A stretch of 64,000 nucleotides of DNA from the human T2T-CHM13v2.0 reference genome, Homo sapiens. The stretch lies in NCBI RefSeq assembly GCF_009914755.1, contig NC_060935.1; one strand, 5' to 3'. Below the pieces are notes generated by a model, which was given only the letters and a program-made list of their open reading frames with translations, was not told the DNA's origin and did no database searches. A program made the position numbers and the translations under genes. Of the stretch, positions 40,561 through 54,149 are shown one piece after another (position 1 is the stretch's first letter; the number at the start of each line of letters is the position of its first letter).

Positions 40561-41606
40561 AATATAGAAAACATAGCAATTAAATTGAGGACAGAAAAAA
40601 AAAAAAACTTTTTTGGCCACCTAAAACATGCCAGGGATTGTATTTAGGGTTTTAACAGTTTTTCTGAAAAATTTAATATTCTAGAATACTTTCAAGTATG
40701 TAAACTAAGACCCGTTATACAAAGATGGGAAGGACCAGAACATGGAGGAACTCAATGCTGCGCAGATGGTGTTGGTGCTTGGCATTATCCTTCACAATCT
40801 ATAATTTCTGAATGTTCTGATGACTTCCAACTGCCAGCGCATATGCATCTCGGTGCCTGGGACCTTTATTTGAAACTAATGATGGCTACTCTATGGCTGG
40901 CTGAAAACACCAGGGACTAACATGTCTACAACTAAAAGTGTCATTTTCATTACAATTACATTCACTTAATTGTGTTTTTTTATAATTACAATTAAGTGAA
41001 TGTAATTGTAGCTATAAACAAAATTCCACTCCCTTTGATGAAAAGTGAATATCCCATAATACTAAAGTGCCTTAATAAAATAACTTATGCATTTTCTATT
41101 ATAGCAGAAAGGAACACCTAAGATCTGGTATTATATAGTATTTTACAATGATAAGTTTATTTACTTATTTTACTATATGTTTTAAAGTCTAGATCAAAAT
41201 ATTAGATATAATACTAATATGACAATCTTATGCCTTTGCTATTTTGCCTCCATCTTGGTCACACAGCACACATTTGTAACCATTTTCCCAATAGCCTTAC
41301 ATTACTACTGAAAAGAAACAAAGCTATTGTTTTAGAATGTAACAAGTTTTACAATGGAATCATGTAGAACTGCTGTTTCCATTACTGTTATTGGTCACAA
41401 TAGAAACTAACCCAGTGAAGATTTCTTGAAGGATTATGATTTATTTAGCAAAGCCTTTGGGGCTGGCTAGTCTATATGTATATGGAAGAACTTTTGTCCT
41501 CTGGAGTTTACAATCTTAGTAAGGCAACTCACAGAAATAAATAATCAGAGAATAATAATAAATCATAACAATAATAAAGAATTTAATAAATATTATTGCT
41601 AATACT

Positions 41607-42420
41607 TGTTAAAGAAAAATATTGTTGATATTTGCTAAACACAGTGTAAAGTTTAGCTTTAACTTGCCTCCTTACATATTTTAAGTTCAGACTAAAGATT
41701 TCTCCAAACATTGTGAACTATGACCTAGTTGGATGTATGAAAAGACTAACCTATTCCTACACCAATTACTGAATTTCAGCCAATTCAAGACAGTTAAATG
41801 TTCAAATGCCGAGCTGTAACCAATTCTGCTGTTTCTACACCTCACTTCTGTTGGCTGTACATCACTTTTATTTTCTGTCCAGAAATCCTCTCAAACCACA
41901 TGGGAGTGCCCCAGTTGCTCTGAATTTGTTCTGGTTGTGGTGGGGAAGGCTGCCTGATTCATGCATTCTTCTTTCCTCAGTTAATCTCTGTTAAATGTAA
42001 TTTGTCCAAACTTTTTCCTTTCAAAACCAGTAAGAAATACTTTATTCAGTAGGGGGGACTATTGTGCTAGGTGTAGGGGCCACTGCAATTGGGTCTTGCA
42101 GAGTAGGGAGAGATTGGGCACAACTGTAACTCCAACAACGACAAGTGGAGATTTATAACCAAGGAGTAGGGTAGGATTCAGTGAATGGAAAATTACTAAA
42201 AGGAAAGGTTGGATTAAAGGGGATTCTTGTTAGACTGAATCAACAGAATTCTTGCTGAAGACAGGCAGTCAGGATAGTAAAATATTGAGGATGGTCAGAT
42301 AATAAGTGCAGGGGATTTAGTCACAATGACTTAGCAAGACTCTTGCTCGACCTAGATTCTACAAGGACAAAGAGAGAGATCCAAGATCAGGCCCACGTCA
42401 GAAAGAGGACTCTGATGTGT
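41607..42420 (-). mobile_element. MER31-like ERV1 solo LTR, split by a MER57
   Basis: TGTTAAAGAAAAAT at the left end; resumes at 42027 (ACTTTATTCAG...GGAAAATTACTAA...ATTCTTGCTGAAG). Confidence 0.75.
41645..42026 (+). mobile_element. MER57-type ERV1 solo LTR
   Basis: TGCCTCCTTACATATTTTAAGTTC...GCCGAGCTGTAACCAAT; 4-bp TSD ACAG/CCAG. Confidence 0.85.
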
Positions 42421-43059
42421 TACAATGCCTACATGCTGCTCTACCAATCATCCTTCCTTCCTAAGAGGGATGCAAGGGAGACAAACACATGAGAAATAAT
42501 GCAATGTAAAGCACAGTGACACTCATTGTGTGCCTGGATTGAGACAGGCAGTCTAGATTTGAAGCACAAACTGTTTATACTCTCTAACAAATCTAAACCT
42601 AATCCTTACATTTTCAGGCCAGTGTTTGGAAGAAAAGACACTGAGGAGAGAAGTATGCCACAAGGATGAGCAGAAGCAGGCCCCGCATCATCTCAGCTCC
42701 CAGAGCATGAGTGGGAGAGAAAAAGGAGAAAGCCGACTGCATGTGAGGACACAGGGACAGTTGCGGCCCAATTAGGAGTCTGGGATATGACCAGTCAATA
42801 ACAGGTCCTCACACGACTGAGTGGTGGGAGAGGGAGGAAACTTGAGAGCTTCACCAGTGAATCTTGCAAGAGACATGTATTGGGCAATTTCATCTGGAAA
42901 TTTGAGTGATGTCCTAATTTAAAAAGAGGTGTTCTTCAATTCACTTTGGAGGACGGGTAAGAATGAAGGATACCAGATAGGAGAAACACACATATATACA
43001 CACATGCACACAATGGCATTTCATAGGAATTAATCATGCTCATTTTTAAATTTTCTTGG

Positions 43060-43260
43060 CAACACCATAATCCAAGTCAGAAAGCCAGAGCCATCCTCAC
43101 TATCTTCTCTCATCACTACTCAATCAACTCCTAGATCCTGTGGGTTCTACCTTGTATAATTCCTCCACTCCATCTCCTCCTCTCCTTGCCCAGTTCCTTA
43201 ACTCTGCCCTTATCTTGTCTCACTGGGATTATCATAACACACTATTAGCCCTTACCATAG
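43060..43260 (+). mobile_element. L2 fragment
   Basis: CCAAGTCAGAAAGCCAGAGCCATCC...TCTCACTGGGATTAT. Confidence 0.5.
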
Positions 43261-44329
43261 TTTCTGACACACAGTCGATGTTTCAGCTATGACTTTTGTG
43301 TCCATTTTTTGGAAAGTAAAATATATTTTCCACTTAATACTAACATAAACTTTATTCCTAATGAATATTTTCTAGCAATGTTCTTTTTCTATCAAAACAT
43401 TTAAATTATGAATAAAATATGGTGCATATACTTTCCAAGGAATTGTTGCTGTGGAAGAAAAGGTGTCTTCAGAGACCAAAAATGAATAAAGACCTGGTAT
43501 CCATAGTGGTAAGAAAGTAGTGAAATGGCAGACAGGAATTCAGCAAGTTGGGATATATAGAGCCAAATGGAATTCAGAAGAAAGACTTTGACCCATAAAA
43601 GGTAGGGAACTGTAACCCACATGCAAAGCTTGGATCTATGAATGATTATACTCTCAGTGAAAGAGTGATTAGAAAAAAACAATTCTTCCCCATTCCTCCC
43701 CATCCCAATGAACAAAAATAGATAGCAAAGGAATTTATCTGATCTGGTTCTAGTTTTGGGATAAGGAAAATACTAAGATTGCAAATACACCAACTGGCAT
43801 TTGAGTACACTTAAGGTTCAAAATCACACTATGTTCATGGTCTGAAAAACCACAAGCATATAAAGTAATTAAAAATAGTCTCAGAATAGTTTGTTTTGGC
43901 AGAAATAACTCAAAGCCTCTCATAAAAATAATTTCTAAAAACTTCTATACAGGAAAGACTTCAGCAGATTTGCACCAGTAATGTCACAAGTATAATCTTA
44001 TTTTCAAAAATCACAACTAAGTCAGTAGGAAAAGCCAACACAAATGAGATCCAAAAGTAGTAAAAAAGCCAAACCAAACTTAAATACTGAAAGTATATAA
44101 AATTTACCTCAATATTGAAAATGCATCAAGTATTAAAATACTGGAATACAGAATATAAAAGAATATTTCAACATAATTTCAGAAATAACAAAGAAAATTA
44201 AAATTGTCAGCCAAAGAAAATAATATAAAATTTATAAATTTATAAATTATTCATGATTATTTGAAAAAGTAGCAATTGGGTGTAGAAGTAAAAAATCTAA
44301 TTGTTTCAATTAAAAGATAAATGAATATC

Positions 44330-45670
44330 CAGTCCTAGTTATTCCATAAGAAAAACTGAAATCTATGCACAGCAAAAGATTTATACATTAATGTTCATGG
44401 CATTCCATCTCCATCAAAAGGAGAATCACTAAATAAATCGTGGTATATAAAAAAATAGAATACTACTCTGCAATAAAAGGCACTAAACTACTGAAATATG
44501 CAAAAAGATGAGTAAAACTTGAAAACACAGAGTTGAGCTTAAGCTAGACATAAAGGTATACATTTTGTATATTTCCATCTATACCAAGTACAAAAACAGA
44601 TAAAATAATATATTATGATAAAAATCAGATCAGTTGTGGGCAGATTTAGAGGGCATAATTGAAAAGAAGGACTAGACAACTTTCTGGTGGATGGAACTTT
44701 TATATTTAAATTGTGGTGGTATTTACATAGTTTTTATAATTGTCAGTACTAACCTATCTGTTCTTTTTATTTATCTAAATTATGCCTAAAAAATACATTT
44801 GGGGGCAATTTTTAAAACCACTGAAGAGCAATTATTGAACGTTCAATAAGCCCTACTCTATTTTAAACATAGATTAACTTTGTTGATCCAATAAGGTAAG
44901 GATCATTATCACCCCACCAACCCCCAGTTTTCCGATGAGGAGACTGAAGCACATAGAAATTAAGTATCAATTTGTACAAACTTTCATAGCTAGTAAGTAA
45001 ATGAGGAAGGATTCTAACCTAAGAAATTGGACTTCCTAGCTCATACCTGGAGATGCCTCCTGTACTAATCCCAAGCCATCCTCAGACTAAATAAATCAGA
45101 ATATCTGAGGTCAGATTCAAGTCAACAGTGAAAACTACTGCCGTAAGGAAACTTGCAGACTTATACCCTGGAACATTTACAAGAATGTTTGTAGAACATT
45201 TGTTTGTGTGAACCCATAACTGGAAACAACTAGAAAAAAGAAGTTGAAGAATAATGCATTCTATTTATATAATGTAAGACTTTTGAGTAGTGAAAATAAA
45301 TGTCCTACAGCTATTCTCATGGATTTGGATCTCACAAAATATAATATAGAATGAAAACAGCAAGTTGCAGAAGATTATATGTGGTTATGATGTCATTTAT
45401 ATTAATTTCATAAACATTTAAACCTGTCAATATATTGAGTAGGTGGAATAAAACTACAAAGAAAAGCAAGAGCATTACAAATTTTAAAAATTTAAAACAG
45501 TTGTTGCTTCAGGGAGTCTGGGTAGAGAAATAGAGAGGGTAAGTACATGGGATCTGCAACTATATTAGGATTATTTTATTGCTTAAATTCAGTCATAGGT
45601 ATAGGTGCTTTCTTTATATTATTCTTTGTACTTCATATATATCAAAATACATTCTTTTTTTATTATTAAA
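44330..45670 (+). mobile_element. Old L1M (MC/MD/ME) 3' fragments, interrupted by a MIR (~44850-45050, minus strand)
   Basis: GTGGTATAT...GAATACTACTCTGCAATAAAA; MIR core GATGAGGAGACTGAAGCAC. Confidence 0.6.
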
Positions 45671-46039
45671 TATGTATGCACAAAATTTACAGTAGGAAAT
45701 ATAACCATTGTAATAGCACCCAGAAGGGACTAGGTATTTTTTGAAAAAATTGAACTTGCACTATACAGGCACACTTCAAAGAACAGATAACATATTGTAA
45801 TTCATAGACTCTAGGCTGAATTTTATTTAACTAAAGAACTGCACACTGCACTCATTTATTATTTCCAGTTTAAAATGAGGAATACTCAAAAATAGTTTTT
45901 AAAAAGCAAATATTCCTACTTTAGTTCCTTGGAATTAAAACTGCCATTATGTTGCTTTATTCAACACAAATTTATGGAGAGTTAAAAACATAATTCTTGC
46001 AGATTATTGCTTAGGTAATGTGATCAACTTATAGAGTAG

Positions 46040-46320
46040 TTGATGTAATAACTAACACTTGCACGATGCTTATCATGGGTCAGCCACTATTCTATTGCTT
46101 TGCATACATTAATGCATTTAATCTTAGAACATGCTTATTATCCTCATATCCTAATCTTAGATAATGCTTATAATCCTAATTATGTAGTGGTCCAACTAAG
46201 GGACAGAGAGTTTATGTAACTTGCTCATGGTAACACCTCTGGTTGGCAATAGAGCTAAAATTTAAATCCAGGCCTTCAGGCTCTGTATCTGGGCTTTCAA
46301 TCTCCAAGCAATACCAAGTA
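46040..46320 (-). mobile_element. MIR with a small internal tandem duplication
   Basis: AACTAAGGGACAGAGAG...TAACTTGCTCATGGTAACAC. Confidence 0.7.
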
Positions 46321-47573
46321 AGAGTTATTGATAAAGGCAGTGAGATATAATCACGTGCCTCCAAAGTACTGGAAGAAAGCAAACATTTAAGTAATTGTAT
46401 GTTATCAACAACAGATTCCACCTGCATTGAAAGGTGAAGGTCATGCACAATAAGTAATTGACCTGCTGTAAGGAGAGCAGAGAAGATAGCAGAAAGGAGA
46501 CCCTAGAGTATACAATCCATGCACCTTCCCAATGGGGGCCTACACTGAACCAAGGAAGGGACTGAGTGCTATATTTTTTCAGACCTTAAAATCTGAGACT
46601 CTCTTTTCTTAGCAAAATAAAAAAAAAAAATTGGCTTGGTGTGAAGTTATGGGTTCTCTGTTTCTTCTCTATCTCCAAATTCTGTTGTCATTGTTCTAAC
46701 ATTTAATGTTTCAAGAGACATCTGAGTTAAACTTCTTATTTTTCTCTTTAGTACTGGTTTCTCTTTTGTAGGTTTTCTTTGTAATTATATTTCAAAAGTC
46801 TTTGTGAAATAAGTCTACATATGATTTCTTTACGTTGACTTTGTTTGACAAAATGAGTATACATTTGCATATTACACATCTTTCCAAGTCTGAAAGTGTT
46901 CTTTATTCATGTTTCATAATTGATTTATTTCTGATTATTCTGATTATAAACTGAGGAAAATATGTAATTCTTAAGTTGAATCCTGTTTTACTTGTTTTAT
47001 GTCTTCTAATTATCATTTTCTTTTTTTTTTTTTCATCTCCTGAATTCTAGGCAAGTTCATGTTTCACATCATTGATTCAGTTTTCCAAGGTAAATCTTCT
47101 TTGACTCCACTGAAAATGTTATTTTTGTTATTACATTTTTGGTTTTCTTATAAGTCCTCAATATCTTATCTATTTTTCTGTTTTCTAATCACAATGGTCT
47201 CCTCTTTATGATTTTCTGAAAATTTTTCAAATGAGTCATATATTACGATATCCTATTGAGAGCTCTATATGTTTCTCAAGAATTTTTGCTGGTTCAGGTA
47301 AGTTGCAAAGGTCTTGTCGTACTCTGAATGTTTAGGATGATAGTACTTTTCTCTTGTTTTTCAATATTTTCCTGTAGACTATTTTTTCTTCCCTGAGGGT
47401 GAAGTGGGAATAATCTATTCTAACAAAAGAGAGCTCACATTTGCTTCCCACTGTGTCAGATTTGAATTATAAGTTATTTGGCAAGTCAATTTGAATAGTT
47501 ATTGGTGAAATTACCAAGATCTCATGGGTTTTCATTGACTTTGGCTCTGTGGCACTAAAATGGCTTAGTCCTT

Positions 47574-48378
47574 TGTATTAGTCTGTTCTCACATTCCTCT
47601 GAAGAAATACCCTAGACTGGGTAATTTATGAAGAGAAGAGGTTTAATTGACTCACATTTCTGCGTGGCTGGGGAGGCTTCAGACATGGTGGAAGACATCT
47701 CTTGCATCAACGTGACCTGGATGTGAAGCATGGAGTCAAAGGAGAACATTTTGGAACTTTAAGGTTTAATGACTGCCCTGTTGGATTTCAGACTTGTGTG
47801 GGACCTGTAGCCCCTTTGTTGTGGCCAATTTCTCCCATTTGGAATGGGTGTTTTTACCCAATACCTGTATCCCCATTGTATCTAGGAAGTAACTAGTTTG
47901 CTTTTGATTTTACAGGCTCATAGGCAGAGGGGACTAGCCTTGTTGCAGATGACACTTTGGAGTTGGACATTTGGGTTAACGCTGGAATGAGTTAAGACTT
48001 TGTTGGCACGATTGTATTTTGAAATGTGAGGACATGTGATTTGGGAGGGGCCAAGGGTGGAATTACATGGTTTGGCTCTGTGTCCCCACCCAACTCTCAC
48101 CTTGAATAGTAATCCCCATAATCCCCATGTGTTGTGAGAGGAACCTGGTGGCAGGTAACTGAATCATGAGGGCAGTTTCCCCCATGCTGTTCTCATGATA
48201 CTGAATGAGTTCTCATGAGATCTGATGGTTTTATAAGCATCTGACATTTCCCCTGCTGGCACTCATTCTCTCTCCTGCTGCCCTGGGAAGAGGTGCCTTC
48301 TACCATGATTTTAAATTTCCTGAGGCTTCCCCAGGCATGTGAAACCATGAGGCAATTAAACCTCTTTTCTTTATAAAT
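47574..48378 (+). mobile_element. Rearranged THE1 (C/D-like): inverted LTR 3' end (47574-47703), internal 3' segment with PPT (47696-48062) and truncated LTR (48063-48378)
   Basis: TGTATTAGTCTGTTCTCAC (antisense LTR end), THE1-int GACCTGGATGTG..., PPT GGGAGGGGCCAAGGG and LTR start ATGGTTTGGCTCTGTGTCCCCACCC. Confidence 0.88.
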
Positions 48379-49255
48379 GTTAAATGAGGTACCCCTTCAT
48401 ACTATGAACACAATAAATATATGGAAAATAAAATCTGTAGGCTAACAGGGCCATGTTCTGATCTTGACTCTTGATATTTTAGTTATGGGAACCATACCTC
48501 TTAAGGTGAATGGGTAACCATGAGGACTCAACACTCCCCCAGTACAGCCAAAAAACATAAAAAAGAGATATTGCTGCAGAGAAGAGAGCAGCACTCTGTC
48601 TCCCTCAAAGCATTGCTGCCAATCAATAAAGTTGTTACTCAACTCAGAATCTGCCATTGTATTCAGGAAAAAGAAAATAGAAAAGGAAACAAAACATATT
48701 TCTACATATTTTGAGGCAGGTGGACTCATTTTATGCTCATGAATTAAAATTTGTAATCCATTCCCGTAGTTCTTGTAGCAAGTAGACATTTATTTCAAAT
48801 TCTAACAATAAGTTGACTGTGCAAGCAATAGTTAAGTTGTAAGTTTTCATCTGACTCTGTGGATATATTTTAGTATAAAATGTGGAGATATTGTACCTGA
48901 TATTGTTATCCACATAGCATCGAATCATTTCTGGCCTCATTACTATGGGACTTAAATAACACAGGCTCCCTCAACCCCACCCTACCCCATACCTATGTTA
49001 TTCGGCTGGATGGTGAGTTACAGCTTCCTACCCTTTCTAACTTACCAATAACTGGGGAAAGAGGATCTTATTCTTGTGTTTGTTATTTATTGATGTTTCA
49101 TGGTGTCATAGAATTGAGATTATAACATTGTTAATCAGGAATTTCAAAAACTAAACATTAAAGGAGACACTAAAGGGCCATTTCATCTACTTTACAATAA
49201 ACTACACTTTCAGAGGAAATCTCAACCAAGACTGAAATATATAAAAGACATTCCT

Positions 49256-49590
<335 letters not shown>

Positions 49591-51299
49591 TCAGTTTATT
49601 TTCTCTTTATTCCTTTGGTGCTTGTCTAAACCGATAGGCTTTGAGGAGTATCTTAAAAAGTTTCAAGTGTCATTTTTATAACCTGGACATTTCATGAATG
49701 AAAACAAATATCATCTAGTTAAGTAATTACCTGTGCTTGTGTCCCTTTTTAAAATAAAAAGAATATTTGGGATAGTTCATTGATTTTATTCTGTCATTAA
49801 TGATGAATGCAACTCATTTCAGTAAACATTTTCAATAGGTAGCTTAGGCAGACAACCAAAGCAGTCATACTGCATTCTGAGCAGAGAAGAAAAAGGGTTA
49901 GGGTGAATGGAAGCCAACATCTCAGAGAGAAATGTTATACCAGCCACTGCTTAGCATGGAAGGGAACCTAGTCGTCCTGAGGGACAGCAAAGAACACTGG
50001 AAACAAAAGCACAAGTTTGCCCAGGGCCACACATGCATCACCTAAACCATTACAGAGCATCAATAACAGTGAGCCAACAAATGCCATCTCACAGCTCACC
50101 TTCACGAGGTTTTCCTTTCCCATTAGTGTAAATCTCTCATGTTAAAAACTGCAACTTCATTGTCCTTTCCCAAACTCAATTTGAGGTAAATATCACATCC
50201 CCAACATTTGTAAAATAAGCTGTCTTGTTGTGGGAAGAAAACAAGTGTCACAGAATCATAGGAAGTGATCTCAGCCCAACAGCCTCAAGTTCACAGAAAG
50301 AGAATCAAACACTTCTGGCCAAGACTATGCATCAGTTCACAGAGTAGCTCATGGCAGAGCCACCAGTAAGATATGTAGTAACAATGGGGACATTGCTGAC
50401 ATAGCAAACGGTGCATCTGGTTTCACCATCTTGAAGAACTGTGCACCATTTACCTGAGCAGGGCATTTAGGCCTGCTGCTATGTCTGTGACTTCTTACTG
50501 TGACTTGTATTTCGTACTCTATAAAGCAAAGGAGTGTTTTTATTTTCTTTTTAGTTTTTGTTTTGTTTGTTTTTTATCAAGCTTGGTAAAGTTATTAGCT
50601 GCTTAAGTTTGTCCTAATGTAAGTTCAATGTGTCCTTCTATAAAGTTAAGATGTTCCACTGAATACACTCAGCTTCTAGGAAAATAGATGTTTCTTAAGA
50701 GTTACACATTTCCTCTAAGTGTGAAACTAGCTTAACGTTAACTAATTAAGGTGTCAACTTTCACAATAAAGGCCAAGCTTAATAATGAAAGACTTTTGCA
50801 TTCCAACTAACTAGCCTATTTCAGACTTTACCAGAGATCAGTGCTGAGCCAACAGCTTTCTAAAACAACAACAACAACAAAATTCACTAGACTCACTAAA
50901 AGCAAAACATGGGGGAAAAACTCAAAATTAGCATTTCTATAAAAGAAAGATACATTTTTAGCTCTTATAGAAAATAGTTCTGGAATGTGCTTAAAAGGAG
51001 AGCACCATGTTTGGGTTGTGAAGTCCCTCTTTGGACTTCAAGAAACATTCCAGAATTCACATAAAAAACTTTACTAACAATTTTTTTTGGAGAATTCTAA
51101 GTATAACGCATGAAGTGTGCTGTAAATACTCTGAGCAAACATCCATCCTATATGGTAGTGTTTTTATTTTTCAAAAATTAAAACATGCACCATTTAAGAT
51201 ACAAGAAAAAGTTAACGCTTATCCAAATGTGAAGTTGGACGGATCTCTGCTTCATTTTTTCACCCATGGAAGCATGTAGTTAGGATTGAACCAGGGTTA

Positions 51300-53420
51300 T
51301 TGAATTTATTCAACTGACCATGCTAGCCATGGTTCTAGGGATTACAAATACAGCAGTGAACAAGACAGATAAGGATACTGCTTCATAGAATCTACATCTT
51401 ATGGGGAAAAAAAAAGAGCAACTGAGAAAAAGTTAGATGGTAAAGTGCTAGGAAGAAACAGAAACAGGGTAATATAACACAGAGTGACTGGGGGCTCCTT
51501 TAGTGTGGATGCTTAGAGAAGACCTCTCTCAGACTGTGGCACTTCACGTGGCCTAAATGAGAAGGAATAAGCCATGTGAGGGTGTGACTGAAGAACATTC
51601 CTGGGAGGAACAAGTGCAAAGAACTAAAGGCAGAAATCAATTTAGCATTTTAGGGCCCAGGAAGGCATATTACTTAAACCCAGTGAGAAGGAAAGAGTAG
51701 CCTGTGAAGAGGTCAGAGTGGTGGGCAGGCCGGTGCCCCACCGTACAGGGCCCCCGTAGTGGTGTGCTGGCTCATGTTTAACAACCTGCTCACCAGATTT
51801 TTAGAGCTCACCCATTTCAATGTTCATAGTGTAAAAAGTCATCTATACCATGGATTATTTCAAGCTATCAAATGTTTCAAAGCTGGCTCACAAAATTTCT
51901 GAAAATGTAACAGTGGTATGAGTCAATCTTGTAGAGTAAGGACACTGGATTGTATTTGTCTGGAGGAAACTCAAAGATTTTTCTTCAGGTTTTACCTGTC
52001 TACTTTCCATTGAAGGGACAAGAGGAAAATATTCAACCGACTTCTCATAGGATAAACATATGCAGGAGCAATTCTAACTTTTCTCTGCCTGCTCGAGAAA
52101 ATATGATTGGTGTGTCTGGGAACAGGAACCAGGCATGAAATGTAGTGACCCTCCCAGGCACTCTCTTTTTCACATCTGTGTGACCACAAGTAGAGAGCAT
52201 GCGAACCTGTGCATGCAAGCAGAAAAATGTATGCAGTTGCCTTTGTCTGAAAAGAGATAAGCCTGCAATTCTGGAGGATAAGTTCAGGGATGAGAAGTCA
52301 CAAGTCCACTGGCACCTCACAACCCAGACATGTTCTCCAGTTATCATCACCACTAAAGGTGATACTTGGATCTCCATCTCTCTGTTGTGTAGACCTCTCA
52401 GTTCTAAAGACAATGAGGAAGGAGTGTCATTTTTCACCATTAGATCACACCGGGATTTGCTGAAGAGCAAAATGAACTTCAGCATGAGAATGATCTAATC
52501 TGATTTACACTTTACATAAACAAAATGTTAGGTCAGAGAGAATGCCAGAGAAAAAATGAAAAATAAAAGTTATCTCTAAACAGCACTTAACAGACTATAG
52601 GATGAAAAGAAACCACCATTTAAAAGATGAGGGAATAGTGTTTCCAGCAGAGAGCAAACATCTTCTGGTGGGAAAGAGCTTGGCAAATTCTAGCCACTGA
52701 CAGAGGCCAGTATGATTGGCCCAAATGGCTGAAGGAGATATTGGTACTTAATGAGGTAAGAGTTGGGTGGGGCATTGTCAGGGTTGTGTTAACACATTTA
52801 GCACCTTTGTGCAAATTGGAAAAATGTACCTCCTCTGAGCAGATAAATTGGAAAAAAATGTTCTCTATGGGCAGGAAAATTAAAACAAGGTACTCCATCT
52901 ACTTTGTTGTTATAACCCTAATTCCTGGGACAGAACTTGGGTAGCAGCAAGCTGGCTGAGGATATTCAAACTGCGCCACATACCATATGGAAAGGAGGGA
53001 GACTTTTTATTATAGGTACTGGAGAACGTGGATGAAGAGTTTGAGGAGGTGATTGAAACAACAGAATATACCCATTGAGAACACCCATCTGCTTGAGTTT
53101 CAATTTGGCTCCTGTACTTAAAGTACATATTAACCTTCTCTGTAAAATGGAGTGAGAACAGGGCCAAATTAATGAGATTGTTATTAATAATCAATGAATA
53201 ATATATGTAAACACTCACAACAGTGCTTTACACAAAGTGTGTCATTTATAAATGTTTGCTAAGATTATCCTCTGAATTATATGTTTAAAAGATTATCTGG
53301 CTACTGTGTTGAGGATAAACTTTAAGGGACACAGAGTAGAAGTCAGAAGACCAACAGGAAATCCCTTGTATTAGTCCAAGAGAAAGATGGTGGTCCTGGG
53401 ACCAGAGTGGTGTTAATGGA
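51300..53420 (-). mobile_element. Fragmented L2 region with later insertions (MER63, MIR at ~53030-53265, and an unassigned block at ~51990-52480)
   Basis: CAGCAGTGAACAAGACAGA, AGAGAAGACCTCTCT, GATTATCTGGCTACTGTGTTGAGGATA and TAGTCCAAGAGAAAGATG. Confidence 0.65.
51757..51925 (-). mobile_element. MER63A-like hAT (Blackjack) element
   Basis: AGTGGTGTGCTGG...TGTTTAACAACC...TTTCAAGCTA...GCTGGCTCACAAAATTTCTGAAAA. Confidence 0.7.
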
Positions 53421-53539
53421 GATATAATTATGTAATATATGATGTTCAAATATGGTAGCAGACATTATATAGACCATTTTATTCATGAATATTTTATATG
53501 TATCTCAGAAGATGAAAAATCATATTAAACATAGGCATA

Positions 53540-53744
53540 ATACCATTTTCATGTCTTAAAAGATTAACAGTAATTTCTCACTGTCATCAAATATCAAATA
53601 TGACTTCAAATATCCCAAATTGTCTCATGATTTTTACAGGTACTGAAGATGCAATCAAAATCCATGCATTGCAGTTATTTGCCATGTCTCTTAAGTGTCT
53701 TTTTTACCTAGAGATTGCCTCCCTGTCAGCCAGCCTCTCTTTCT

Positions 53745-53794
<50 letters not shown>

Positions 53795-53990
53795 CCCCCC
53801 TCCCCTTACTTTACTTGGTGGAGCAAGAAAAGAATTCTTATTAGGAGTGTTTTAAAGTCTGGATTTTGCTATTGAGTCCCTATACCGTCATTCAATGTTT
53901 ATCTTTCCCATGTTTTTCACATTTATCAGTACTTTCAGCAACATTCTTGATCACTTTGGGTTGATTTCTTTTTCAGCAGCGTGTCATAGG
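53540..53990 (-). mobile_element. L1MC-like 3' UTR fragment
   Basis: ATCAAATATC...TTCAAATATCCCAAATTGTCTCA...CATGCATTGCA...ATGTCTCTTAAGT. Confidence 0.55.
53749..53791. repeat. (CA)~21 microsatellite
   Basis: Directly visible. Confidence 0.97.
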
Positions 53991-54149
53991 AGGTGTGTAT
54001 TTCCATAAGAAAATACACACATACACCTAAGACTTATATATTTTTTCTTAACACCGTCTGTTTTATTTGCTCTCTAGTAGATGCCTCAGGAAAATCTTAT
54101 AGTAATATGATTTCCTAAGATATTAAATGCTCATAGCATACTTTATGGA

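Noticed and set aside
46120-46180. 28-bp imperfect direct repeat
   Set aside because: A small local duplication inside a MIR.
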